From NCBI RefSeq assembly GCF_009834535.1, contig NC_045707.1:46626001-46690000 (forward strand): a DNA stretch of 64,000 nucleotides. The letters are read 5' to 3'. The notes below the pieces were generated by a model. The model saw nothing but the letters and a program-made list of their open reading frames with translations. It searched no databases and was not told where the DNA came from. The position numbers and the translations under genes were made by a program. The DNA comes from Camelus ferus. Its lineage: Eukaryota. Shown here in pieces: positions 13,130 to 24,247 of this stretch (position 1 is the first letter of the stretch; each line of letters starts with the position of its first letter).

Positions 13130-13310
13130 TGTTAATAGCTAACTTAACTGATCACTGTCAAGCACTATACTATGCCCTCTGCATGTAGAAAGCATTTAAT
13201 GCTTACAAGTCTACAGGTGGCTGCTGTCCCTGGCCCCATTTCATAGAAGAGGAAGCTGAGGAACAGAGTGATTTGCCCAAGATCACAAGACTGTTAAGTG
13301 GTAGAGCACA
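13130..13310 (-). mobile_element. MIR SINE
   Basis: ccccatttcatagaagaggaagctgagg...atttgcccaagatcaca. Confidence 0.8.
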
Positions 13311-13779
13311 TTACTACTCATAGCTCAAGCAAAACGAAATAGGTAGAAAATATATGTTATTCTTGGGAGGATTTAAGAACCCCAAATTGCCTATAGGTTC
13401 AGAAACTGATATGCTGGCTGTATTTGGACTGTGAATGAAATGCTGGGGAACCTGTATCTCTGAGCCTTTTCGGTGTCTCGATGATTCTTATCCCCCTTCT
13501 CTCTCCCCGTGTGTCTGCACAGTGAAGGAGAGGAGTTCTGGTGCGGCAGACCCAGCAGTGCTGGGGATACAAGGACATGTTCAGAACAGGCAGGGGCAAA
13601 CCTCTCCCAAAGGCCAGCGGGCTGAGAAATCCTGCTGCCAGTGCTGTTCTGCACCAGCCTTGGCTAATTTTGTTCCATTTGCCTCAATCTTCTGTCCTGT
13701 AATGTATCTGGGCACAGCTGGAAGTCTTTCTCTCCTCACGTCATTTCCTGCCCAATGAGACCTCCATCTATGACCATAA

Positions 13780-13918
13780 TAGTAAGCCCTGTTTAATCAA
13801 GCCACCAGACCAAGCATTTTGTTTCTAATACATTTAATCCTCAAAACTACCCTGTTGAAGTGAGTGAGACGATCCCATTTTAGAGATGGGGAAACAGCCT
13901 CATGAAGTAAGTTACACA
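13780..13918 (-). mobile_element. MIR SINE, interrupted by the MLT1 LTR
   Basis: catttaatcctcaaaactaccctg...cccattttagagatggggaaac. Confidence 0.75.
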
Positions 13919-13923
13919 ACATC

Positions 13924-14363
13924 TGTATTAGTTCCCACAGTTATTGCAACAAATGACCGTAAAACAAGTGACCTGTGGGTTAAAACAATACAAATTTATG
14001 TATTCTTATAAATCTGGAGGTCACAAGTCCAAAACCAGCCTCACTGGACTAAAGTCAGGGTGTGGGCAGGGCTGTCCCTTCTGGAGGTTCTCCAGCTTAG
14101 AGGCTGCCACATCCTTGGATCCCTTCCTCACACCCTCCCAACCTCTGCTTCTGTCATCTCATCTCCTTCTCTGACTCTGACTCCCCTGCCTCCCTTGTGA
14201 GATCCCTGTGATTACATCAGGGCCACCTAGATAATTCTGGATAATCTTTCCCTCTCAGGATCCTTACCTAATCACATCTGTAAAGTCCTTTTTTCCATGA
14301 AAGGCAGCATATATACAGGTTCCAGGGATTAGGACTTTGGGGGACTATTACTCACCTACCACG
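13924..14363 (-). mobile_element. MaLR solo LTR (MLT1D-like)
   Basis: tgtattag...tctggaggtcacaagtccaaa...atcacatctgtaaagtcc; perfect 5-bp TSD acatc at 13919-13923 and 14364-14368. Confidence 0.92.
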
Positions 14364-14525
14364 ACATCACAAAGCATAACTGTAACCTTCCACTACTGAG
14401 CCCACACCCTTCAAAGGTGACTGTTCCTTAGTGAAACCCTTCAAACTTGCTCTCTATTAAATCCTATGTCCTAGGTTTAAGGGGACCACCTGGTTCTGCC
14501 TCCTCTGTCTCTTCTGCAGCTAAAT

Positions 14526-14706
14526 CAGGAATTCTCAATGCTGGCTCTGTATTAGAATCACGTGGAGAACTCTTAAACCCTACTTAAGCCAGGATCTACC
14601 CCAGATCAGTTAAAATCAGAATTTCTGGCAGTGGGGATTGAGCACTTGGCAGGTTAGCACAGGTCTCTAGATGATTCTAACATGTAGTGAACTTTGAGAA
14701 CCTCCA
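14526..14706. mobile_element. hAT-Charlie MITE (MER5A-like)
   Basis: ttctcaa...attagaatcacgtggagaact...aaatcagaatttctg...gatgattcta...tttgagaacc. Confidence 0.8.
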
Positions 14707-14794
14707 TACCAGAGAGAACCGTGGGCAGACTCTCGGAGCATAAAGCTATCTGTGTTTAAGATGGGAAGATTATTTATAAAGATAAATGGCAAGA

Positions 14795-15000
14795 AAACGA
14801 GCTTTGAAGCCATTTATCCCTGGTTTAGTATCCTTGCTTGTGTTGTGTCTTAGTTACATGACCTTGGGCAAGTTGCTTGATGTCTATAGTCTCCACTGTT
14901 TTTGTTTGTTTGTTTCAGATCATAGTAGTTCCCAAAGGTTTGTTGTGGCTAATCTACATTGAGAACATGAATGAGAAGCCCTTAGCTGTGTGCTGACAGG
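14795..15000 (+). mobile_element. MIR SINE
   Basis: gctttgaagcc...cctggttt...tgaccttgggcaagttgctt. Confidence 0.65.
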
Positions 15001-15003
15001 TCC

Positions 15004-15018
15004 CCGGTAGAGGGCAGT
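15004..15018 (+). promoter_or_regulatory. Candidate CTCF site
   Basis: ccggtagagggcagt fits CC[AG][CG][CT]AG[AG][GT]GGC[AG][CG][CT] at all positions; motif match only. Confidence 0.45.
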
Positions 15019-15359
15019 GTAGCCTTCTTTGCAACCCACCCCCACCCAGGCTTGAGAGGAGAGGTCACTGAGCTTCTCCTAATAACAGAATTCCCCTGGC
15101 TGTGATTTTCCAGCTTAGAGTAGACTGAATTTGAGTATTTTTTGGTTATGTGTGACTTCCATTTCCTCCTCAGGGTTTTCGTCCATCTTTAGTTCTGGGG
15201 TCTTTGTGCACCTTTTGATGGTGCCGAGTCCTGCAGGCAGCAAGGAAAGCCTTCTCTGAACTTCCAGTCTGCTTTCAGAAGGTCAGGATGTTACTGGGTT
15301 TCTTGGTTGATGTCAAGCCATCCAGCTGTACACTGAGAAGAGTGACTTTCTGCCCTTAG

Positions 15360-15800
15360 AAGGAAATCGCTCCTGGTATGTGGTTGGCGGGGCGGGGAGA
15401 GAATTTTCCATTGGGCTGAGGATACAATGATAAGTCTAAAACACGGCTGTGGTGGAGAAATGTTTTTGATGGAAAGAGTTCCCAGGGCTGGAAGGAACCG
15501 GCCAAACTGCTTCCTATTAAGGATTTGTTAAAGTTGATGATTCTCGGTGCTTCTCTCCCTCTCTTTTGCATCTTCTAATTCTTGAAGGTATTAGGAAGGG
15601 CAGATGGGATGGAGATGATTCAGCAATTGGAACTGAGCACATTTGGCCGGGTCGGCTCTGCCCCTGACCGCTGTGCTGGGTTAATAGTGTTAATGGAAAG
15701 CGTTCCCGGATTGAACGAGGGAGCGGGGCCCTGGCAGGGTCACTTTCCATTAGGGACTGCCAAAGCTGATGTCACCGGGAGGTTCATTTTGCTCTCTCTC
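15360..15800. promoter_or_regulatory. Candidate enhancer/promoter-like unique element
   Basis: About 14 CpG in ~420 bp against a CpG-poor background; GC box ggggcgggg 15389-15397; ATTGG 15410-15414; no recognisable repeat. Confidence 0.45.
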
Positions 15801-15949
15801 TCCTTCATTCTTTTAGGTGCAGGATGATGGAATAATCCAACTAGGCTGGGTTGGCCAAAGTTGGTTTCTCATCTTTCATTCACGTAGTATCTTAGGTTCA
15901 CAGAGCTTATTGTCCTACCCAATTCGAGTTTTAAAGATTGTTTCCATGC

Positions 15950-16230
15950 CCCAGCCTGTGCTAATGAGTCATCAGGCACTAAGCCAGCATCTGCTGTGGC
16001 TGAACATCGTGCTAGGTAGTTGGGGGGTGACTCCAGACCCCAGGCAGGGTGCCTGCCATGGAACCTAGTTGGGAATCTAAGAGTCATGTGCACAGAATGA
16101 TATGAGAAAGATGACTGGTAGGAGCTCTCAGAGCTGTGGGAGGTCAGTGAGGCCTCAGGAGGATGGGTAGGGCTCAGACAGGGGAGGGGGCATTCCAGAT
16201 GGGGAGGCAGCATGGGCGGGTCCAGGGGAA
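15950..16230 (-). mobile_element. L2 fragment
   Basis: gtcagtgaggcctcaggagg...ggcattccagatggggaggcagcatg. Confidence 0.55.
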
Positions 16231-17419
16231 TTGTGAAAATAACAGAAACAAAAACAATAATGTAAACCAGCCAGCAGTTAGGGGATCCAGGCCCCCAGCT
16301 ATCTAGATAACCTCAACACAAACACACATTCCACACCTTTCTCAAGGTTTCTATGTGTCCTGAGCGCAGGGCTCTTAGCTTCCTAAGGTCTTCCCAGTCT
16401 CTGGTCTCTGCTTTTTCTGTTCCTCCTCATTTCTAGGAGCCAATGAAATGCCCATTGGTTGGGGCAGCCAAGAGCTGCCTCTTTGCACCTCTAGTAATGT
16501 GTGTGCAAGTGTGTGTGTGCATGTGTGCCCATGTGTGGTATCCGTGGAGAGAACTTCCTGGTCATTTCACATTGGACCACAGGATCAGAGAAGCAAAGTA
16601 ATTGTGTCTACAATACAAGGAACAAATCCCCAAGCACTGCTGGTCATTCTTACAACCCTGCTCTTTTCCTCTGCCACATGCTCAATTTATTCCAAATGGA
16701 TTCTGGAGGATCTGTGTGTACCCAAAGCTTCTTGTCCCCTGAGTAGATAGAGAAATGCCCAGCTAAAAACTTTGGGATTGGCCACTGAGCTGATGGGCCT
16801 ATTATCTGGTTAAAAGATTGCAGGCTGAGGGTGTAGAGACTCCCAGTGCCCGTCTGGCTCTTGGAAGCATCTGCGTCCTGCCGAGTCAGTGTGCAGCAAA
16901 AACTTCAGGGCCTGCTTTCAACCAGGACAGGCTGTCCTCTGGGCCCCTGCCCAGATCAGGATCGCAGGTGTGATTGCTAATTTGGCCGTAGTGATGGGAT
17001 GGCTGTGGGAGAAGAGCCCAGTTCTGAAACTCTGGCATAGAAGCAGCAAGTCCTTGATTTCGTGGCACTTAGCAAAGTACCAAGAAAAGCCAAGGCTGAG
17101 TGTCCTAGAGGCATTAAGAAGAAACACATGGAAAGAATACTGGAAATTCATCTTTAGGGAAAAAAAGCTCTAAATTAAAAATGTCCCTTCAGAAAGGATG
17201 TGTGTAACAATTCACGTTGTCTATTTAAAATTCTGACAAGTGGCCTACCCAGCTGTTTTTAATGGAACTCCATGTCCCACCCATTGGGAAGATTCAAACT
17301 TGATGAATAAAGGCCCATCATTTATATTACAGGTTAGCACCTATCCGAATGCCAAGAATCTCCGGACACTAAATTATCCCTTATCATTTTTCCTATTCCA
17401 TCAAACTTAGCTCCTGGAC

Positions 17420-17570
17420 CGATGGTTCTAAGGTTTACTGTGTTTAAGAACTGCTTGGTTAGGGGGAAGGAGAGGAAGCTTGGGCTAGTCTGCGCCCCAG
17501 AATCCAGCATTTTATTAAGCAGCCCCAGGTAACCCTAGTGAAGGAAGTCCACAGACCACGATCCATGATG
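17420..17570. mobile_element. MER5-like hAT MITE fragment
   Basis: tggttctaag...cccagaatccagcatttttattaagcagccccaggt. Confidence 0.55.
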
Positions 17571-18319
17571 CAGCAGCAGATGACTGGGATTAGGGTTTAT
17601 GCATTTTGAATTGAACAAATATTGTAATTCATGACCTATGACATCTTTCATTCACGTATTTTCTCTAATTTGATCCTCCATGAGGTGCAGGGGCAGATAT
17701 AGTAATTTTTTGGTCAAAGACTCAAAAGCTCAGACTGCAATTGGTGATGGACAACGAGTATACACCAGGCGCTGAGACTCCTAGAACAGTGCTCATTCTG
17801 CTCACCCCCATGCCCTATATCCCCTCCTTCAAGCCCCAAGTGGCCCACCATGTGAGGCTGTCAACATATCTTCCCATCTCCCTGCCCATGCTCTGCATTA
17901 TGGGAGGAGGGATAGGAAAGGGTTCTCTGTTCTGTAATTCTGGAACTAAATCTTTGGTCAGAGTGAAGCAGTGCTTGATAAATGTAAAAATGTCTGGTCA
18001 GTTCAGCCCAACGCCCTAAGCCAGGGGAGAAGAGGCTAGAACATGTTGTTCCTGCCTGGAAGGGGGCAATACTGAGTAAAAGTCACCCAAAGAACTGCCT
18101 CCCTGTCTCACCCCCAAGCACACACATAACCAGGCCCCAACTCCCAGACTGTCCCCAATTCTTAGAAAAGAGAACTTGGGGAGAGAACACAGGCTTGGAG
18201 GCACAGGGCCATGTTCTGATTCCAGTTGTGCTGGGAAAATAATACCAAGCTACCACTAGTGAGCAATTCCTGGGTACCAGGGGCTGTAGTCCCCACAGTA
18301 ACAAATCTACTGAATGTCA

Positions 18320-18470
18320 GTGTCTCCATTTTACATCTGGGGAAACTGAGGCTCCAAGCTGTTAAGGGCCTTGGTCTAGGCCACCCTGCTAATGAGCACC
18401 AGAAACAGGGTTCTAACCCAGGCCTGGCAGCTCCCAAGCCTGAGCCCTGGAATGCAGCCTCTAGGAAGCC
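18320..18470 (-). mobile_element. MIR SINE
   Basis: ctccattttacatctggggaaactgaggctc...gggttctaacccagg. Confidence 0.8.
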
Positions 18471-18529
18471 TTGACTGTGAGATAGAAATGAGATAATTAA
18501 CATAATGTGTTATGTAAACCATGGAAGTT

Positions 18530-19310
18530 TTGGCTCAGGTCCCAACTGGGAGCAATCCTCTTCCTCACACACCACAGCCAGTCCTTCAGCAAATCCTGTT
18601 GACTCTGTCTCAAAATATATCCCTACTACAACCAGTTCTCTCCTTTGCTATCATGCTGTCCACTCCTCCATCATTCTTGGCCTGTACAATTGGTAAAACC
18701 TCCTGGCTGATCTCCCAGCCTTTGCCATTGGTGCCCTGATCTCTCAACATAGTGGCCAGAGTAATTCCATTAAAATATAGGTCAGCACCAATTTTGAAAT
18801 GTATATAAATATTGAATCATTATGTACATCTGAATGATGTACATCTGAGTGATGTACATCTGAAACTTATAAGATATTATATATCTACTGCACTTTAATA
18901 AAAATAAATTATAGGTCTTGTTACTATGTTCAAAATGCTGCAAGAGCTCACTGTTTCACTGAGAATGCGTTGGGTGCTTCTAGTGGCCCATAAGCCCTGT
19001 GTCATTGTCCCCTCAGCCTCCTACCTTGGTACTCCTTTTCCTTCTTGGATCTCATCTTCCCCTTACTTGCTCTGCTCTAGCCCACTTATCCCCAAGGCAC
19101 ACTCCCACCTCAGGGCCTTTGCACTTGCCATACTTGCTACGTAGAACACCCTTCTGCTCACTTAGAACTCACACGGCTTCTCCTCTCCTTTCTTCAGGTC
19201 TTTACTCAAATATCTTCTTCCTCAATCACCCCACTTAAAACTGTATCCCCTTCACAACACTCCCTATTCCCCCCACTTTATTTTTCCATATCTGAGCTAT
19301 ATATCTCCTA
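18530..19310 (+). mobile_element. L2 LINE 3' region, interrupted by a short L1 tail
   Basis: cagcaaatcctgttgactctgtctcaaaatatatc...cctcagggcctttgcacttgc. Confidence 0.8.
18784..18904 (+). mobile_element. Very short 5'-truncated L1 3' end
   Basis: aaatattgaatcattatgtacatctgaaact...aataaaaa; TSD taaaatataggtc (18771-18783) / taaattataggtc (18905-18917). Confidence 0.8.
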
Positions 19311-19314
19311 CATG

Positions 19315-19705
19315 CTTTTCAAATTGTGATGAAATAAACATACCATCTTAACCATTTTTAAGTATACATCTCACGGGCATTAAGTACATTCACACTGTTG
19401 GGTAACCACCGCCATCCGTCTCTGGCTCGTTTTATCTTGTAAAACTGAAACTCTGTCCCCATTAAACAATGACTCCCCACGTGCCTTCCCTCAACCTCTG
19501 GCAACCACCATTCTATTTTCTGTCTCTATGAATTTGACTACTCCAGGTACCTCCTAAAGTAGAATCATACCAATTTGCCTTTTGATGACTGGCTTATTTT
19601 ACCCAGCATAGTGTCCTCAGAGTTCATCCATGTTGCAGCATGCGTCAGAATTTCCTTCCTTCTTAAGGTTCAATAGTATTTCACTGTATGGATTTACCAC
19701 ATTTA
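19315..19705 (-). mobile_element. Old L1 3' end (L1MB-like)
   Basis: ccatcttaaccatttttaagtataca...ggcaaccaccattctattttctgtctctatgaatttgactact...ttcatccatgttgcagcatg. Confidence 0.9.
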
Positions 19706-19729
19706 CACAAGACTCTATGGTAAATCAGG

Positions 19730-19920
19730 AAATAGCAATGCCAGCCACTATTCATGGACCGGATGCAACTAGGTGCCAGGCATATGATAAATCATCCCAG
19801 TCAAAAGCCGGTGAGTCTCCCGTTTCACAGGTGATGAGACTGAGACTTGGAAAGCTTGTTTACTCAACCCTGCATACAGCCAGTTGTGGCAAAGCCAGAA
19901 CTCACATCTCGGTGCTCTAA
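19730..19920 (-). mobile_element. MIR SINE
   Basis: ctcccgtttcacaggtgatgagactgagacttgg. Confidence 0.7.
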
Positions 19921-20020
19921 CCTGAATCAGCAAACTACAGCCTGTGAGCCAAATCTGGCCTGTTTCTGTACAACCCATGAGCTAATACTAATTTTTATAA
20001 TTGTAAAACGTTAAAAAAAA

Positions 20021-20270
20021 TGGGAAGGGATAAATTAGGGGTTGGGGATTAACAGACACACATTACTAGATATAAAATAAACAACAAGCACCTACTATAC
20101 AGCACAGGGAACTACATTCAATTTCTTGTAATAAAATATAATGGAAAGGAATCTGAAAAGAAAAAACACATAAGTATGTATATGTATAACTGAATCACTT
20201 TGCTGTATACCTGAAACTAACGTTGTAAATCAACTACAATTCAATAAAAATTTTTTTAAAAACTCAAAAA
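20021..20270 (+). mobile_element. Younger L1 3' end
   Basis: gggaagggataaattagggg...cctactatacagcacagggaactacattca...aactgaatcactttgctgtatacctgaaacta; same type as 9101-9453. Confidence 0.9.
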
Positions 20271-20275
20271 CAAGA

Positions 20276-20277
<2 letters not shown>

Positions 20278-20304
<27 letters not shown>
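20278..20304 (+). repeat. (CAG)9 microsatellite
   Basis: Nine perfect CAG units counted directly. Confidence 0.95.
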
Positions 20305-20308
<4 letters not shown>

Positions 20309-21499
20309 GGAAGATGCAACCAAGACCATGTGTGGACTGCAGTGCCTAAAATATATTTACTATCTGGCCCTTCACTAAACACAACTTGCCCATCAGCTCC
20401 CGCCCTTTCTCAGGGAGGTCTGCCCTATAAATACCTACTATTTCACCTTTCTTGAGTCATTCTAATCCTCAGATCTCTGTTTCTAAATATCCCCTGAGAG
20501 ATTTGATGCTCATTTTGACCTCGTTGACAGCACACAAGTGGGAGCTTTCTCCATAGAGCCCTGAGAGGGGGATCTCCAACCTCACAGAGGATGAAGGTGT
20601 CTCCAGTGTTTGTTGGTCTCTCTTCTAATTGGCCCTCAGGAAAACTTTCAGGTGCCAAAGATTTCTAGAAGCCTAATCGCTTAAGGAGAGAGTGGTTTAT
20701 AAAATTAGTCATCACTTGCAAGTCGCCGTTTTGCTAAACAGGTGAACAGGCAGGCATTTCAATAATGCTCTGCTTCTCCAGGATCATATTTCTAGTAATG
20801 CCAGCCACTGAGCACTTAGGACTTAACTTTGAAGTCAATGGAAGGGTCTCTGGGGGCAGAGTTGTACTTTACTTGAAGGAAGGACAGACAAGGACACATT
20901 CTTGGACCTTGATCTAAGCAAATGAGTATTCATTAGGGAGCAGGTTAGCAGCAGCCAGAAAGGACAGCCGACAGCAGAGGGTGGTGCTGGCAGAGAAACA
21001 GACTTCAGAGCATAGTGCACTGAGGCCGTGTAGTGTAGGGGCCAATGTCCCCTACATCGAGCACCTGAGCCGATGAATCACACAGACAGACTGATGCCCT
21101 CCATGAACTGGGGGCATAAAGAAAAAAGAATAATTCACGTCTTGCATACTTTATAATAAGAAGACAAAGTTAAAATAAAAGTACATTTGTAGTTCTCAGT
21201 TGAGAGCTCCAACTTAAAAATGGAGTCATTATGAATGAAAGATGTATGCACGTGGGCATTGAAAAGGACACAACAGAATAAAAAAAGGCTGATAAGGGTT
21301 TTGAAACAAATAAGGAAACTGTTATCAACAGATCTCAAGGAATCTCAGATATCAAGTAATTTGTTCAAGGCCACCAACTTAGTTACTGACAAAGCCTTGG
21401 TTCTCTTGTGGCCACCAGGACTCACTCATTTTCAAATTCTCTCTTTGTCTCTCCCTCTCTCTCTTTCTCTATATCTCTCTGTACGTCTCCCTCTGTGTC

Positions 21500-22132
21500 T
21501 CTCTTCCTCTCTGCCTGGCTTCATTCTGCAGATACCTTTACCTCATGGCAGAGAACATACTATAAAAGTCCAAATTCAGACCTACCCCCCCGCCCCCTGC
21601 CAACAAGCTCTCTTTTTCTCCTAGCTTTCAAATACCAATCTCAAGGACGTCCTTTGATTGGCCCAGTTTGGGCCATACCATGGGTCTACCCTTCAACCAA
21701 TCTCTGATGGCTAACAGTCCACCAAAATCTCTGCTCCCTTTTCCAAATTACAGAGCCTTGTCCGGGAAGAGCAGCCCAGACAAGAATTACATTTCCCAGC
21801 CCCACCTGCATCCAGAAGAGCTCATGAAACTAGTTCTCATCAAAGGAATTTGAAAGAAACTGATCTGTGTAACTCGCCAGCCACAGAGGTTATGAAACAG
21901 AGACACCTTTTCCACTGACAGAAGGGCTCAGAGCCCCAACGTTCTAATCACATGGTTGATCTTTCTGGCACCAGCTCCCATCCTCAATCATCTCAGCTTT
22001 TAGTTTAAACTGAGGTGTGATCCAAGAGGCTCGTGAATAACAAAGACAGTCCTATTACATGGGAAACTCCCCCTTAGGGTCTCCCTTCCAGGAACCGGGG
22101 CAAAGGCAAGTCAAATTCTTTGTTGTACAACA
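21500..22132. mobile_element. Cluster of old LTR fragments (MLT1-like, ERVL-like, MER21-like)
   Basis: tgattggcccagtttggg; acatttcccagcc...ctagttctcatcaaagg; ctaatcacatggttgatctttctgg...gaataacaaagac...tacaaca. Confidence 0.6.
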
Positions 22133-22494
22133 GATGGGTTATCTATACAAAGATGAGCTTTCGTTTTTTTTTAATTAGACTTGGGTAAATTAGAGTCCCT
22201 TTGCTTTCTATTTGATCAAGTGAATTAATGCCAAGAAATGAAACTAGGGGTTATAATGAGGGCATTACTGTTGGAAAGTTGTCAATGGAATTAACAGACT
22301 GCTTTCTATCAGAGAATAGGGTGTTCTAGTGAAACTAGAGCAGACTGTCCAGTACCCTTCCATTATATAAACATGAAGTCTTCCATCCAAGCAGGAATAT
22401 CATTTGAGCACTGATTTTCCTAAGAGAATGTCTACTACTCACCTGTGTGGTTTCTAAAGTGTATTTATGTGCCCATGATCCAAGAATATGCTAC

Positions 22495-22710
22495 TATTAA
22501 TAACCACAAACATTACTGAGTGTTCACCATGTGCTGGGTAATGTAGTAAGAGTTGCATATACATTATTTAGTTTAACCCTCACCACAAACATATAACATA
22601 AGCATTATAATCAGCCTTATTTTATACATAAGTGACACACCTGTCACCCAGCTCAGAAGTGGTGGAGCTTGCATCCAAATCCAGATGCCCAACTCCCTTA
22701 ACCACTGCAC
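22495..22710 (-). mobile_element. MIR SINE
   Basis: cattactgagtgttcaccatgtgctggg...tttaaccctcaccacaa...ccttaaccactgcac. Confidence 0.8.
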
Positions 22711-23611
22711 TTGAGCCCATTCCTGAGCAAAGACCCCAGATGAATGGAAATGAGATTTAGGGGAAAGAATTTAAGGGATGTGCTATCTAGTTACCCCTCT
22801 ATGAACTCTATGTGCTACTCTTGGGTGGAAGGTTTCATATTTGCACCATGCACCTTAAAAACGACCTCCATTAAATTATGTTTTAATGTTGTTGCTTGAC
22901 TTTTATGATGTTGGGTTCAAGAAATGGCTTAAATTCCTCTTCTGAATTCTGGGTGAAACCGTTATGGAAGATACTGAATGATGCAAAGGACAGTTGTGCC
23001 CTATAGATTGGCCCCTGTGGAAATTTCTGAGTTTTTTACAAGGTAAAACTCTTCCGTCTCCTGAAAAAACTGCTATAGATCTGCCTCACAGGTATTGTTT
23101 GTAGCAGCTACTGCGTTCCCAAAAATTTTTAATATAACTCTATGCTCTAGTAAAGCAATTACAGTGACTCCGAGGGTCAGAACATTTGCTATTTTTTTCC
23201 CTTAATCCAACTTTATCTGTTTTTATTCTCATTTTATTGAAATCCTGTTTTTGGTATGTTACTCAAACCCTCAAGTTCTTTTAGACTAGAGTAAAAGCAA
23301 ACATTCTTGATATTTGGTGATTATTGTAAGTTCTATCTATGAATGACTGAATTTTGTATTAATAAAATACAATCAACATTAAAATTATACTGAACTTAGT
23401 GTAATCTTTGACTAATTATTAAAATTGCATTTTGAAATCTTTCCATAATCCAGGATATTAGTATTAATATATATTATTTATCAAGTAAATATCCATTAGT
23501 ATCAACTATAGAAATACAGAAATGTCTGTTAAAGATTTCTAATTGATAATGATAATGATGTTGGTATAATAAAAATGATGAATATTTGTATCTTGATTCA
23601 TTCAGTAAAGT

Positions 23612-24147
23612 TTAAAGAGTGCCTTCTTCGTACCAGGTGAATGAAGCTCATGTTCTAAAGGAAGGGTTGTTATGGTTTGAATTGTGTCCTCACCTCATCC
23701 CCTCTATTCATATGTTGAAGTCCTAACCCTCAGGACTCAGTGTGGTCTTATTTGGAGAGAGTTTTTACAGAGGTAATTAAGTAAAAAAAAAAAAAAAGTC
23801 ATTAGGGTGGGCCCTAATCCAATATGACTGGTGCCCTTATAAAGACGGGAAATTTGGACACAGGCACACACAGAGGGAAGAGACACACATCAAGAGACAC
23901 AGGGAGAAGACAGCCATCTACACACTACTGAGGGAGGCCTGGGACAGCTCCTTCCTACAAAGCCCTCAGCAGGAATCAACCCTGCTGACAAACTCTCTCT
24001 CCAAGTAAGACCACACTCTGAGTCCTGGGGGTTAGGACTTCAACATATGAATGGAGCAGGTGGGGGTGAGGACACAATTCAGACCATAACAACCCTTCCT
24101 TTAGAACATGAGCTTCCTTCACCTGGTACAAAGAAGGCACTCTTTAA
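23612..24147. repeat. Inverted repeat, arms 23612-23764 and 23990-24147
   Basis: Manual reverse-complement alignment, roughly 90% identical over ~155 bp, ~225 bp spacer. Confidence 0.95.
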
Positions 24148-24247
24148 TTTTGGACTTCTAGCCTCTAGAACTAGGAGACAATAGATTTGTTGTTTAGGAC
24201 CCCCAGGCTGTGGTGCTTTGTTACAGCAGCCCTAGCCAACCAATACT
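23668..24247 (+). mobile_element. MaLR solo LTR (MLT1A/B-like) carrying an inverted insertion
   Basis: Starts tgttatggtttgaattgtgtcc; gtcattagggtgggccctaatccaatatgactggtg; ends ttgttacagcagccctagccaaccaatac. Confidence 0.92.

Larger units (their letters stand above)
19925..20395 (+). mobile_element. hAT-Charlie MITE (MER58-like), split by an L1 tail
   Basis: tcagcaaactacagcctgtgagccaaatctggcc ... gcctaaaatatatttactatctggcccttcac...ttgccc. Confidence 0.85.

Noticed and set aside
20278..20304. CAG repeat as a polyglutamine exon
   Set aside because: Embedded between an L1 tail and MER58 sequence; no ORF or splice context
21027..21058. Small hairpin tgtagggg/cccctaca
   Set aside because: 8-bp stem, expected by chance, too short for a pre-miRNA
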